IMG/VR virus record: IMGVR_UViG_3300048998_000126
Location: 1-63,944 of that record
Origin: a virus
Taxonomy: Duplodnaviria > Caudoviricetes
Direction: 5' to 3' (one strand)
Length of the DNA: 63,944 nucleotides
A program made the position numbers and the translations under genes. Below the pieces are notes generated by a model that was not told the DNA's origin, did no database searches, and saw only the letters and a list, made by a program, of their open reading frames with translations. How positions within the stretch are numbered: the stretch's first letter is position 1; each line of letters opens with the position of its first letter. Positions 53,850 through 62,383 of the stretch are shown piece after piece.

Positions 53850-54425
53850 CTAGCCCAGTTTATTCAGATCCTGACGCTGGCTGGCGACGGACTTAACCGA
53901 GGACATACCTTCTGGCAGCGTTTGCAGTTCGGCGTCCGCATCGTCGTCGATGCCCAAATGGCGAGCCAGCTCCTCCACCACGAGCCGCTGGGCTTCGTTG
54001 GTGAACGCCAGACCGATGCGGTCGTAGAACGTGCTCACAGCGCCTGACGGCGCAACGTAGTCCGGGTCGTCGACCCATTCAGTCCCTGCGTCGTTCAGCT
54101 TCTTCCCGATCACGGACTTGCCGTTCACGGTTTCAGGCTGAGGAACGACGCCGCGCTGGCGCAGGTCGATCTTCGCGCGCTCGGCAACAGCAGCCGCTGC
54201 GCCCGGCGCCTTCGGCACTTCCAGAGTGGCCTTGTCGCCGTCTTCGGTGGTGACCGTGGCGGTCTCCGTCTCGGTGCTGAGCGCCGGGTCAGTCTGACCT
54301 GGAGCCAGTTCGCCAATGCCACCGGAAGCCGGAACCGGTGCGCCGTCAGCAGCTACCACGGCAGGCGCCGGGGCGGCGGTCTTGTCAGCGTCTTTGTCGG
54401 CAGTCTTTTTTGCAGTCATGGCCAT
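53850..54425 (-). CDS. Hypothetical protein
   Basis: AAGGAG SD; 191 aa with a low-complexity N-terminus. Confidence 0.75.
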   Translation of the reverse strand: MAMTAKKTADKDADKTAAPAPAVVAADGAPVPASGGIGELAPGQTDPALSTETETATVTTEDGDKATLEVPKAPGAAAAVAERAKIDLRQRGVVPQPETVNGKSVIGKKLNDAGTEWVDDPDYVAPSGAVSTFYDRIGLAFTNEAQRLVVEELARHLGIDDDADAELQTLPEGMSSVKSVASQRQDLNKLG

Positions 54426-54475
54426 GACTCCTTTGGGTGTCTGGTTAGGATCGCGCGGCCGCGCGTCGGTTCACT

Positions 54476-55513
54476 CTACACGGTCTCAACCGCTTGTACC
54501 ACGTTGGTCCAGAACTGCACTGGTGCTCCCGGGGCGTCCGGCTCCCATGGCGGGGCGGTGCCGAACAGGCCCTGCGCCTGGACGCCGCTGAAACCGCCGA
54601 TCTGGTACGAGCGCCCGTCCTTGACGAACTGGTCGACAACCAGTTTCTCCATGTCAAAGATCGTGCCTACTTCCACGCCGCTCAGATAAAACCCGCTTCC
54701 GTCGTTGCGCACGTGGCTGGTCTGCAAGTAAACCTGCAACAGGCCCTGCCCATCGGTGGTGAACCACACCGACTTCAGGTCGCACGCCGTCGCGCTCTGG
54801 TTCTCCGCCCGGATGAACCCCTGTCCCTGCGTCGAGGTGTCGTTCCCCGCAAGCGGTTGGTACCCGTAGAAATACCCGGCGAACGGCGTGCCGCGGTTCA
54901 GTCCAACTCCCGACGCGACACGCGCCCCATCCAGCCCTGAGCCATTGCCCAGCACCGTGAACTCCCCAGTGGCCCCGCGCATGGACGAACTGAAGTCGGT
55001 ACCGACCTGCCCAAACGCTCGCAGCTGTGTGCCGTTGCGCCAGAGCAGAGGGCATCCCAGCGGGTTGCGCGTGAAGGGAGTGCCAATCGAGGCCGTCGAG
55101 ACGCTGCCGTCGAACCCTATCCTGACCAGCGATCCCCCGTTCGAGTCGGCCACGAAGTACACACCTGTCGCGTCCATCCCCAGCGCGTAGGCAAACGGCT
55201 GCTGGTCCGTCGGGTTCAGCACACGGTACACGGCTGATGCCGGAAGACTCGGTTTCGAGTTCACATCGACGACGAAGTAGAACCCGTTGTACGCCCATAC
55301 CGACCCCTGACTCGGCTCATAGCCCAGAAATCCTATCGAGGAGCTGCGCGGCCTGTCCCCCAGATTCGCCAGTATCCAGGCCTTGACGCCGGAGAGGTCG
55401 ACGCTGTTCGCCTGATACGCGCCCGTCTCGAGGTCGAGGAACACGACATCCGAGAACAGATCGACCTGCGCCGAGTCCAGTATGTTGACCGCGGCCGTGT
55501 ACAGATATGCCAT
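54476..55513 (-). CDS. Hypothetical beta-rich protein (possible virion component)
   Basis: 345-aa ORF ending in FWTNVV. Confidence 0.7.
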   Translation of the reverse strand: MAYLYTAAVNILDSAQVDLFSDVVFLDLETGAYQANSVDLSGVKAWILANLGDRPRSSSIGFLGYEPSQGSVWAYNGFYFVVDVNSKPSLPASAVYRVLNPTDQQPFAYALGMDATGVYFVADSNGGSLVRIGFDGSVSTASIGTPFTRNPLGCPLLWRNGTQLRAFGQVGTDFSSSMRGATGEFTVLGNGSGLDGARVASGVGLNRGTPFAGYFYGYQPLAGNDTSTQGQGFIRAENQSATACDLKSVWFTTDGQGLLQVYLQTSHVRNDGSGFYLSGVEVGTIFDMEKLVVDQFVKDGRSYQIGGFSGVQAQGLFGTAPPWEPDAPGAPVQFWTNVVQAVETV

Positions 55514-55514
55514 C

Positions 55515-57746
55515 TCAAACCCTCACGACAGGCTCTGTGCGGGCCTGTGCTGCGTTACCTGCGTGGAACGCCCCGACCGGCGAGCCGTAGTTCATGATCA
55601 GGGTCCATGTCTTGCCGGAATCATAACTGATCCACGTCCGCCCCTGTGTGATGTCGTCGTTGTCCCAGTCCGCCAGATTCAGCCCCGGCTGCCCTTTCCC
55701 CTGGGTCACGATCAACGTGGCCGGATGCCCTGGCGAGTTCGCGTCCGTCGGATCATAGCCCGCACCCTCCGGGCGCAGCACCTCGATCCTCCCCAGTTTG
55801 GCCGAGTTCGCGAACACCGGGACCGTATACGCACTGGTCTCCGACACGTAGAACCAAGCCTGCTGCGCCGTGTACGGCGATTCCGCGCCGAATCCGTTCG
55901 ACACCTGCTGGCTGTCCACGACCCCTTCGAGCCGCACTTCGTCGGTCTCCAGATTGTAAGTAGCCACGCCGATGGAGCCCGCCGGCGCCCAGAAAAAGTT
56001 GTCCGCCGGGCGCTCCGACAGCTCGTGCGAGACGTAGAACATGAACCTGCCATTGCCGATGTACGTCACGTGGTCATACGGCGCCGGCAACGTGATCCAC
56101 TCGCCGTACTGCGCCTCCCCCGAGAGGGGCCTGTCCACCACGCCGTAGTTGTAAATCATCTGCTCTCCGGTCGCGCACGCCACGCACCAGGCGAACCCCG
56201 GCTTGCCGCTGTACCGAAGCTGGACCCCGTCCCGCGTCGCCACGTACACCCGCAACCGCGGCAGCTCGCCCGGCTCGAACGCCGAGAACACCGGGAACAC
56301 GACGCTCGTCCCATCCGTGTCCGCCCCTATCGTGAACCTGTCCTCGTCCGCATCCCCGATATCGAACGCCACGTTCGTCCCGTTGTAAGGCGCCTCCCCC
56401 ACGTCCGCGTGGAACACTCCCCGCTTGAGCTCCGTCGTGGTCAGGTTCTGCCTGCGCACCGCCCCGTTGTCGAACCACGTCACGTCCACGAACAGACCCC
56501 CGACAAACTCCTTGCTCGAGTAAGCCGGGTCCGCCCCGAAGTTGTACCAGTCCGGCGTGCGCTCCACGAACGTGGCGCTGATCATCACCGACGTCCTCGT
56601 CCCGTCCTCGTTCTCCACCGTACACATGGGCGCCCGGTATGTCAGGTTGTTCAGGTACCACGTCCCCAACCCGCCGAACCGTGTCCTGTCCCTGAGCAAC
56701 GGCTCCCGGTCCGTCGACCCGCCAAACACACGGTAGCTGTTCACCACCCGTGCCGCCGGCCCAACCACCTCTATGTCCGCCGCCCACAACCCCTTCGCCC
56801 CCGACGGGACCCCGCCGCTCGGGCTACTGACCCCGTTACTCCCCTCGCTCCACGCCCCACCTCCGCCGCTCGGGTCATCTGGCCGCTCAACCGAGTCATA
56901 CCAGTAGTACGGCCCGGCCGCCTCGTACGTCACGTGACAAGCAACTGTGATACGAAACCCGAGGTCGCCCGTGTCCGTCGTGAACGAAACCGGCCGCCCC
57001 GCCGCCATCCACGGGTACTGGGCTCCCTCCCAGTTCAACTCGTAGCTCGCCTCCGGCGCATCGAGCAGCCGTGTTATCGCCGTCGCCCCGCCGTTGAGCG
57101 CCTGCTCCCCGATCTCAAGTGTCCACCCGCTCGCTGCCGACTGAGGATCCTGGGGCGTCTGTACCGTCTCCCCGTCCGTCGTCACCCACCTGACCACCGT
57201 CGGCGCCTCGATCACCAGCCTCCACACGAACGGCTCCCCGTTGGTCGCATAACTCATGGGCCACCGGTCTGCTCCCCCGCGGATCGCCGAGTACACGTGG
57301 GTCATCCCGACCCCCTTGAACGGAACCCCGAGACCCCAGTACCGGGTCGGACTCACGCTCTCCTCGCCCGTGGGAACACCCAAGCGCACCGTATTCAACG
57401 GCCCGGCCAGGACCAGCGGCTCAAGACGCGGCTCCAGCACCTGCGTGAGTTTCCCCGGCATGTAGCTGTCCCGGCCCTGAGCAAGGGTCTGAACGAACGA
57501 CTGGTCACGGTTTAGCGGCTGATTTTCAGGGATATAACGACCAACGAGCAGCAGGAACGCCGGCAGGTCGAGGATCGTAGCCTTGAGCACCTTGCCGTTC
57601 TTGCGGGCTTCGAGAAGGTAACCTTCGAGGATCTTGCGACTGGCTCCACCGGCAAGGTTGCTGTTGCCGAGCTTGCGGGCCATGTTCTCGACATGACGTA
57701 CCAACCAGCTGGCAGATGCGGAGGTAGAACGGCGGATGGGTAGCAT
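55515..57746 (-). CDS. Large hypothetical protein (possible virion component)
   Basis: 743-aa ORF with a C-terminal Asp-box SYDSGKTW. Confidence 0.75.
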   Translation of the reverse strand: MLPIRRSTSASASWLVRHVENMARKLGNSNLAGGASRKILEGYLLEARKNGKVLKATILDLPAFLLLVGRYIPENQPLNRDQSFVQTLAQGRDSYMPGKLTQVLEPRLEPLVLAGPLNTVRLGVPTGEESVSPTRYWGLGVPFKGVGMTHVYSAIRGGADRWPMSYATNGEPFVWRLVIEAPTVVRWVTTDGETVQTPQDPQSAASGWTLEIGEQALNGGATAITRLLDAPEASYELNWEGAQYPWMAAGRPVSFTTDTGDLGFRITVACHVTYEAAGPYYWYDSVERPDDPSGGGGAWSEGSNGVSSPSGGVPSGAKGLWAADIEVVGPAARVVNSYRVFGGSTDREPLLRDRTRFGGLGTWYLNNLTYRAPMCTVENEDGTRTSVMISATFVERTPDWYNFGADPAYSSKEFVGGLFVDVTWFDNGAVRRQNLTTTELKRGVFHADVGEAPYNGTNVAFDIGDADEDRFTIGADTDGTSVVFPVFSAFEPGELPRLRVYVATRDGVQLRYSGKPGFAWCVACATGEQMIYNYGVVDRPLSGEAQYGEWITLPAPYDHVTYIGNGRFMFYVSHELSERPADNFFWAPAGSIGVATYNLETDEVRLEGVVDSQQVSNGFGAESPYTAQQAWFYVSETSAYTVPVFANSAKLGRIEVLRPEGAGYDPTDANSPGHPATLIVTQGKGQPGLNLADWDNDDITQGRTWISYDSGKTWTLIMNYGSPVGAFHAGNAAQARTEPVVRV

Positions 57747-57896
57747 GAGGGTCGGCCCGAGGTTGATACACTGGGCCAGAGGGTACTGCGGTTTGATCGG
57801 CGTGGCGAGAGTTGCCGGTTACCCTGATCCGGCGCCGCGAGGGCGGGGTGATACCTACTCGTCTCCCCGGCGGGATACCGGTTCTACCTCGGCTGC

Positions 57897-57940
57897 TGGT
57901 TGCAGGTGGCCGGAATCGAACCGGCGTCATCAGCTTGGAA
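57897..57940 (-). pseudogene. 3' half of a tRNA-Gly(TCC)-like gene
   Basis: Minus strand TTCCAAGCTGATGAC-GCCGG-TTCGATT-CCGGC-CACCTGCAACCA: anticodon loop, T arm and 3' acceptor strand, with no 5' half. Confidence 0.65.
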
Positions 57941-57941
57941 C

Positions 57942-58018
57942 TGGTAGCGAGGCCAGGATTCGAACCCGGGATCTCAAGGTTATGAGCCTTGCGAGATAGA
58001 CCACTTCTCCACCACGCT
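57942..58018 (-). tRNA. tRNA with CAT anticodon (Met or Ile2)
   Basis: AGCGTGG/CCTCGCT acceptor stem (one mismatch), GAGA/TCTC D stem, CAAGG-CTCATAA-CCTTG, CCGGG-TTCGAAT-CCTGG and encoded CCA. Confidence 0.88.
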
Positions 58019-58133
58019 AGAATTAGAGCTTAGCCCTGACGCACCAGAGTGTGGGGCTCCGGGACTTACAGCAGGGCTTAGCGACCATCTGCTTCTCGGC
58101 ACTGTTCAGGGAGCGAGAAGTTTCGGTCCGGGC

Positions 58134-58162
58134 AAGATAGCGTTCGGCTATGGGGAGGTCAA
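58134..58162 (-). promoter_or_regulatory. Sigma70 promoter for the tRNA/late arm
   Basis: Minus strand TTGACC-17 nt-TATCTT with an upstream A/T-tract (UP-element-like). Confidence 0.7.
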
Positions 58163-58371
58163 GAATTTTTACGGGAAAATATTTTTATGGAGGGTTGCTA
58201 AGTTGGCATAAAATTAGCTTACGGGGTGTTTAGTAGCTATACATGAGGAAATTAGGGTTCGTCATGTCGGGGCAATGGGTAAGGCATACCCTCGTTGCGC
58301 CCCAGCCCCCACGCCCGCCCTCGCTGGCCGGAAAGAATCCTTTTGTTGTGGGGAGTGCCTGCCCTGGCGGG

Positions 58372-58386
58372 TCACGACTGTCGTGA
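58372..58386. promoter_or_regulatory. Palindrome TCACGACTGTCGTGA
   Basis: Intergenic, about 40 nt upstream of an extended -10 (TGGTATAGT 58424-58432). Confidence 0.7.
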
Positions 58387-58483
58387 TTTGGAGATGACAC
58401 GGACGACACGCTTGAAACGGTTGTGGTATAGTTCGATCTCGTTGTGCTACTCGGCACAGCGCCACACTTCTGGAGACACACAC

Positions 58484-59170
58484 ATGGCTACCACCCCTTC
58501 CGTTGCAAACATCTCCTCTCTGCTGGGCACAAAGCTGGCCGCACCTAAGTCGACTTCGAAGCCTGCGCGCAAGCCTGCCCCGTCCAAGCTCAAGTCGGTT
58601 GATACCTCCGCTGCTGCCCGCTTCTCGATTCAAGACTGGCGCTCTGACCTGATCACTGCTGCCAAGGCGGAGTCGTCAGCGTCCACCAAGCTGTTGGGGC
58701 TGGCACTGGCTGCACGCGGACTCGTGGAGAAGGACACCGCACGGGAAGCGTTTCAGGATGCCTACGTAGCAGCGCACCTGCTGGAGAATCCAGAGACTAC
58801 CGACGAACAGGCTCGTTCACTGGCAAGCGTTCGTAACAGGGTGTCGGAAGCCATGGCTGTGTTCAAGGCGGTTGTGCTGCCTGATCCAATGCCTAAGAAC
58901 CTGAGCCGTGCAGCAGACGCTTGCCGTAAGCTTAACGCTAAGCCTAAGCCGGTAGCCGTAGACAGCGACGAGAAGCTTAGCCAGGAAGCGGAAGACGACG
59001 AAGCCGAAGACCTTAACGAAGCTAAGCCAGTTAACAGCGCTATGGATTCGGTTATGGGAGGGCTGGAAGCGCTACAGCGCCAGGCCGTTAACAACCCGGA
59101 AGCCCTTAGCGCTATCTCTGCCATGATGGATCTGGCTTCTGACGTCTTGTTAGCGCTTCTGAAGGCTTAA
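58484..59170 (+). CDS. Hypothetical protein, first gene of the + arm
   Basis: GGAG SD; basic N-terminus and helical body; followed by a terminator. Confidence 0.8.
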   Translation: MATTPSVANISSLLGTKLAAPKSTSKPARKPAPSKLKSVDTSAAARFSIQDWRSDLITAAKAESSASTKLLGLALAARGLVEKDTAREAFQDAYVAAHLLENPETTDEQARSLASVRNRVSEAMAVFKAVVLPDPMPKNLSRAADACRKLNAKPKPVAVDSDEKLSQEAEDDEAEDLNEAKPVNSAMDSVMGGLEALQRQAVNNPEALSAISAMMDLASDVLLALLKA

Positions 59171-59216
59171 CTAACCCTTAGCTAAGCTATACCAAACTCA
59201 TTTGTATACCTTATGT

Positions 59217-59249
59217 AAGCCCTCTGAGCAGCCAGCAGAGGGCTTTTTC
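59217..59249 (+). terminator. Intrinsic terminator
   Basis: AAGCCCTCTG...CAGAGGGCTT stem running into a T tract. Confidence 0.8.
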
Positions 59250-59860
59250 ATTACATCTGTTTCAAGTGTTACGCTTTACTAGTTGATTTCGGCCAAAATA
59301 ACGATTTCTTACTAGCCACTTTACTAGTCTAAATGCCTATATCTATTGGTTTTCTTCATAACTATCATGATTAGTTAACTTTTTTTATATGAGAGCGTCG
59401 CGCGCGACCTCGGTACAGATCAATTGGTATTAGCGCTGCTACCGAAGCTCTTATCCACACCCATGGTAGTAACGATACAAACGCTATCGGTATAGCTTAG
59501 AAGCCTAAAATGATACAAAACGAGTCTGTATTACGACCTCTCTACCCCACCTCATGTTTTTTTTTCTAGCTTATCGTGATAGTTATGACGAAGTGCCCAC
59601 AAACCGACCACTTCGCCTAGTACGATTTGATCCCAACACCACCTAAAATCGTACTAGTCCGCCACCTAAAATCGTACTAGTCCGCCGAATAGCGGTACAA
59701 CCATTACAAGTGTTTCATACCCAGCCTCTCCGAAGCCTTACGCACGTAACGTATGAAACACGCTGATGTGTATGGGCTATACATATACTTAAGCTATGCG
59801 TCCCTTGGTTGAACTGTCCGGTAGAATTGGTACAAACACGTTTTGTACCGCTTGACGTGC
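59250..59860. other. AT-rich non-coding region with direct and inverted repeats (candidate replication origin)
   Basis: No ORF, T tracts, repeated TACTAG cores, a 23-bp tandem duplication and a 20-bp imperfect inverted pair. Confidence 0.55.
59639..59684 (+). repeat. 23-bp tandem direct repeat CCACCTAAAATCGTACTAGTCCG x2
   Basis: Read directly; an inverted 12-bp core CTAGTACGATTT lies at 59617-59628. Confidence 0.9.
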
Positions 59861-59906
59861 TGCACTACCGGCAGTATAAAGAGACCTAACCAACGAGGTG
59901 ACACCG

Positions 59907-60443
59907 ATGATCACAATACGCGTGCAAGGCCCAGTCCGGGGGATGATAGTCAGCGACTACCTGACGAAGCTCGGGACGAAGTTCAATATCGACTATCTCC
60001 CCGGTCGTTCTACCTGGTGGGAGTTCACTCTGCCGGGGGCGACCTTGAACCCGGACGACCTGCGGTATACGCTCAAGAAGCTGACGGACAACGGAGCGGT
60101 AAGCGTAAAGACCGACGCGCCAACGAAGCAGGGGCACGCTTTGCCGGAGTGGCAGCAACGGGAACGCGAGCGGGCGAAAGCCAAACGGGACGAGAAGCGG
60201 CGCAAGCGGGTGGAGTGGGTAGCGTCGTGCCGCGCGACGGGGCATATGGAATTCAGCGTCTTCGGCAAGGAGAACTGCCCGACAGTTGAAGCGACGCTGA
60301 TCAGGCTGGGGCAACCCTTCAAGGTCAGACCGGGCGGGGCGTACTGGGTGTACACCGTCAACTGCCCGATGTTGGACGCCGACTTCCAGGCGTGGCTCGA
60401 CAAGGCCTTCCCGGGGATCGTGTGCAAAGTGGTGCGTCTCTGA
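59907..60443 (+). CDS. Hypothetical protein with internal duplication
   Basis: GAGG SD; two similar halves (L.KLG.KF...PG...W.FT / L.RLG.PF..RPG..YW.YT). Confidence 0.75.
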   Translation: MITIRVQGPVRGMIVSDYLTKLGTKFNIDYLPGRSTWWEFTLPGATLNPDDLRYTLKKLTDNGAVSVKTDAPTKQGHALPEWQQRERERAKAKRDEKRRKRVEWVASCRATGHMEFSVFGKENCPTVEATLIRLGQPFKVRPGGAYWVYTVNCPMLDADFQAWLDKAFPGIVCKVVRL

Positions 60444-60486
60444 CGCACCGATAGAAATTACCTTCAACCACAGCAGGAGATACACC

Positions 60487-60765
60487 ATGTTTAAAACACT
60501 GAAACTCGCTGACTACATTGGCACCGGGAAGAACCTCTACGTCGTCAACGTACGCACCGAGAAACGCCCGTGGATCGGAGAACCACACATGAGCGTTGGC
60601 CATGCGTATTCGAACGATCCCATCAGTTACAACGATACCTGGTTGGTAGCCGGGGATTCGAAGAACGACGCCATCGCATGCGTGTGCCTGACGTACGGGC
60701 TGCCGGTAGAGACAGTCGAGAGCCCATGGTGGTGTGATGTCTGCGTAGTCTTTGAGACGGTCTGA
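60487..60765 (+). CDS. Hypothetical early protein
   Basis: AGGAG SD; 92 aa. Confidence 0.75.
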   Translation: MFKTLKLADYIGTGKNLYVVNVRTEKRPWIGEPHMSVGHAYSNDPISYNDTWLVAGDSKNDAIACVCLTYGLPVETVESPWWCDVCVVFETV

Positions 60766-60838
60766 AGAAACGCGACACAACAGGTTGCCACACGAGACAA
60801 TAGACGCCTGAGCCCGGTTGGGCTTGGGTGACCTAGAA

Positions 60839-60853
60839 TCACGACAGTCGTGA
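60839..60853. promoter_or_regulatory. Palindrome TCACGACAGTCGTGA
   Basis: Intergenic, just upstream of the RBS of the 60876 ORF. Confidence 0.7.
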
Positions 60854-60875
60854 ATATGACCAGGAGCAACAAAGC

Positions 60876-61058
60876 ATGGCAAAGGCAACGAAAGGACTTA
60901 CGATCTCCGTCGTGCAGTGGGCAGCGACCCACGATTGGTACGACCGCAACATGCGGGTAGGGACGAACTACCAGGGCGCTCCGCGTTACGTGGTCGTGGC
61001 GAAAACCGGCGAGCACTTCGACGACCTGAAGGCTATGCGCGACTGGGCAGGGTACTGA
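60876..61058 (+). CDS. Hypothetical early protein
   Basis: AGGAG SD; 60 aa. Confidence 0.7.
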   Translation: MAKATKGLTISVVQWAATHDWYDRNMRVGTNYQGAPRYVVVAKTGEHFDDLKAMRDWAGY

Positions 61059-61060
61059 TC

Positions 61061-61216
61061 ATGTGGACACTCTTCTACAAAGGCTTCCCGATCCACGGCT
61101 ACTGCGACCGCTTGAACGTGCGGATCACAGGCCTGAGCCACGGCACCGGGACGAAAGAATGCGCCAGCCTACTGGCCGCTAAACAGTACATCGGGAAGAT
61201 CAAGGGGCGAGCATGA
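61061..61216 (+). CDS. Hypothetical early protein
   Basis: 51 aa, tightly packed between its neighbours. Confidence 0.6.
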   Translation: MWTLFYKGFPIHGYCDRLNVRITGLSHGTGTKECASLLAAKQYIGKIKGRA

Positions 61217-61449
61217 GCACTCCATCAGTTCAACTGACCGCATCGTTTATCGGCAAGGGCTCGAAGCTGTTTCACGTCAGCATCAAGCATTTCGCTTGGG
61301 ACAGCGCCACGATGTGGCTCGTCGCTGCGGATTCCTTCAAGGAAGCGCAAGAAACAGCGATACAGCAGCACATCGCCGAAGGGTACACAGCGCAGGACTT
61401 CGACTCAGTTGAAGACCGCGACGGGTATGAAATCGGGGTGATCCTGTGA
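61213..61449 (+). CDS. Hypothetical early protein
   Basis: ATGA overlap; 78 aa. Confidence 0.7.
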   Translation: MSTPSVQLTASFIGKGSKLFHVSIKHFAWDSATMWLVAADSFKEAQETAIQQHIAEGYTAQDFDSVEDRDGYEIGVIL

Positions 61450-61631
61450 TCGAACCGCACGCGGTAATGCTGGTACTGGCTCTGGGAGTGCGCAGCGAAC
61501 CAGCGCTGACCCAGGTGGAGTTCGAAAACATGGCGGTATGCGTCGAGGCCAAAATCGAAACGCTCGCCGACTTCAAGACCGACTATGGTCAGATCCGAAT
61601 CGTTTGCTTGTACAAGGGAGAGCACGAATGA
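61446..61631 (+). CDS. Hypothetical early protein
   Basis: GTGA overlap; hydrophobic N-term and EF..M..C...C motif. Confidence 0.6.
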   Translation: MIEPHAVMLVLALGVRSEPALTQVEFENMAVCVEAKIETLADFKTDYGQIRIVCLYKGEHE

Positions 61632-61828
61632 ACTGCATATCCGAAGTGACTCAACCGGCCTTCGTCCAGGCCATCGCGCATCTGGCATGCACCGCGGGGA
61701 CGAAACACACCGTGGAGCTGAACAGCCTGTTTGACTCAGTCGTGTACCGCGTCGGCGAGCAGGTGGTGGGCATGGAGACCGGCGGCCGGTTCTTTCTGGA
61801 GCAGGACGAGGTAACTATCGATGCCTAG
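61628..61828 (+). CDS. Hypothetical early protein
   Basis: GGAG SD and ATGA overlap. Confidence 0.65.
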   Translation: MNCISEVTQPAFVQAIAHLACTAGTKHTVELNSLFDSVVYRVGEQVVGMETGGRFFLEQDEVTIDA

Positions 61829-61955
61829 TCCTCGCAACTCCATCGACAGCACATCGCTGCTGATCCTGGACGCCACGAAGGTGGTAACCGTGTTGCTGCT
61901 GGCGGGCACGGTCGTTTACTTCGGCGCGGCTTATCTGTTCTCCACCACGTTCTAA
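61821..61955 (+). CDS. Small membrane protein (44 aa)
   Basis: GAGG SD; one TM segment. Not in the ORF track. Confidence 0.5.
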   Translation: MPSPRNSIDSTSLLILDATKVVTVLLLAGTVVYFGAAYLFSTTF

Positions 61956-62037
61956 GTGGGCGTGAAGAAAAGCGACTTGTATGTGACAAGCGCTTAATAT
62001 GTAGTTCTGTTAGTTAATTATTTCTGGAGTTCGAGAC

Positions 62038-62295
62038 ATGACCCGCCCAACGCCTGTAACCATCGCCCAGCTTCAAACCCAAGTCCATTTGTTGAACGAA
62101 CTAAGCGGCTCGCCGGCGGAAGCCGTTGTCGACGGAGCCTGGCAAATTGGGAACTATCATCTGTCGCTGGCGAACGGCGGTGCGGGCCTGTGCCGCGTCT
62201 ACAACCTGCATGGGGCGGCAACGTCGGTTACCGGCCACATCGGCAAGCGCACGCTGCTGGGGATCATCACCGGGATGGTCAACAACCTGTCTTAA
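62038..62295 (+). CDS. Hypothetical early protein
   Basis: GGAG SD after an AT-rich gap. Confidence 0.7.
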   Translation: MTRPTPVTIAQLQTQVHLLNELSGSPAEAVVDGAWQIGNYHLSLANGGAGLCRVYNLHGAATSVTGHIGKRTLLGIITGMVNNLS

Positions 62296-62309
62296 CTGTC
62301 GAAACAGAG

Positions 62310-62324
62310 TCACGACAGTCGTGA
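62310..62324. promoter_or_regulatory. Palindrome TCACGACAGTCGTGA
   Basis: Intergenic; flanks extend the dyad imperfectly (ACAGAG...TTCTGT). Confidence 0.7.
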
Positions 62325-62383
62325 TTCTGTCCGTGTGCGGGTGGCTCCCGCCGCGCTGAAGATGACAAGCCCGAGGACTGCCC

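Noticed and set aside
57897-57940. Functional attP and temperate lifestyle
   Set aside because: No tyrosine or serine integrase or ParAB module was recognised; the fragment is kept only as a tRNA remnant finding.
60487-61449. Further members of the small paralogue family (FDDLKAM, ASLLAAK, DSFKEA motifs)
   Set aside because: They have only a generic helix-capping motif and lack both the G[FYW] N-terminal element and the hExh ending.
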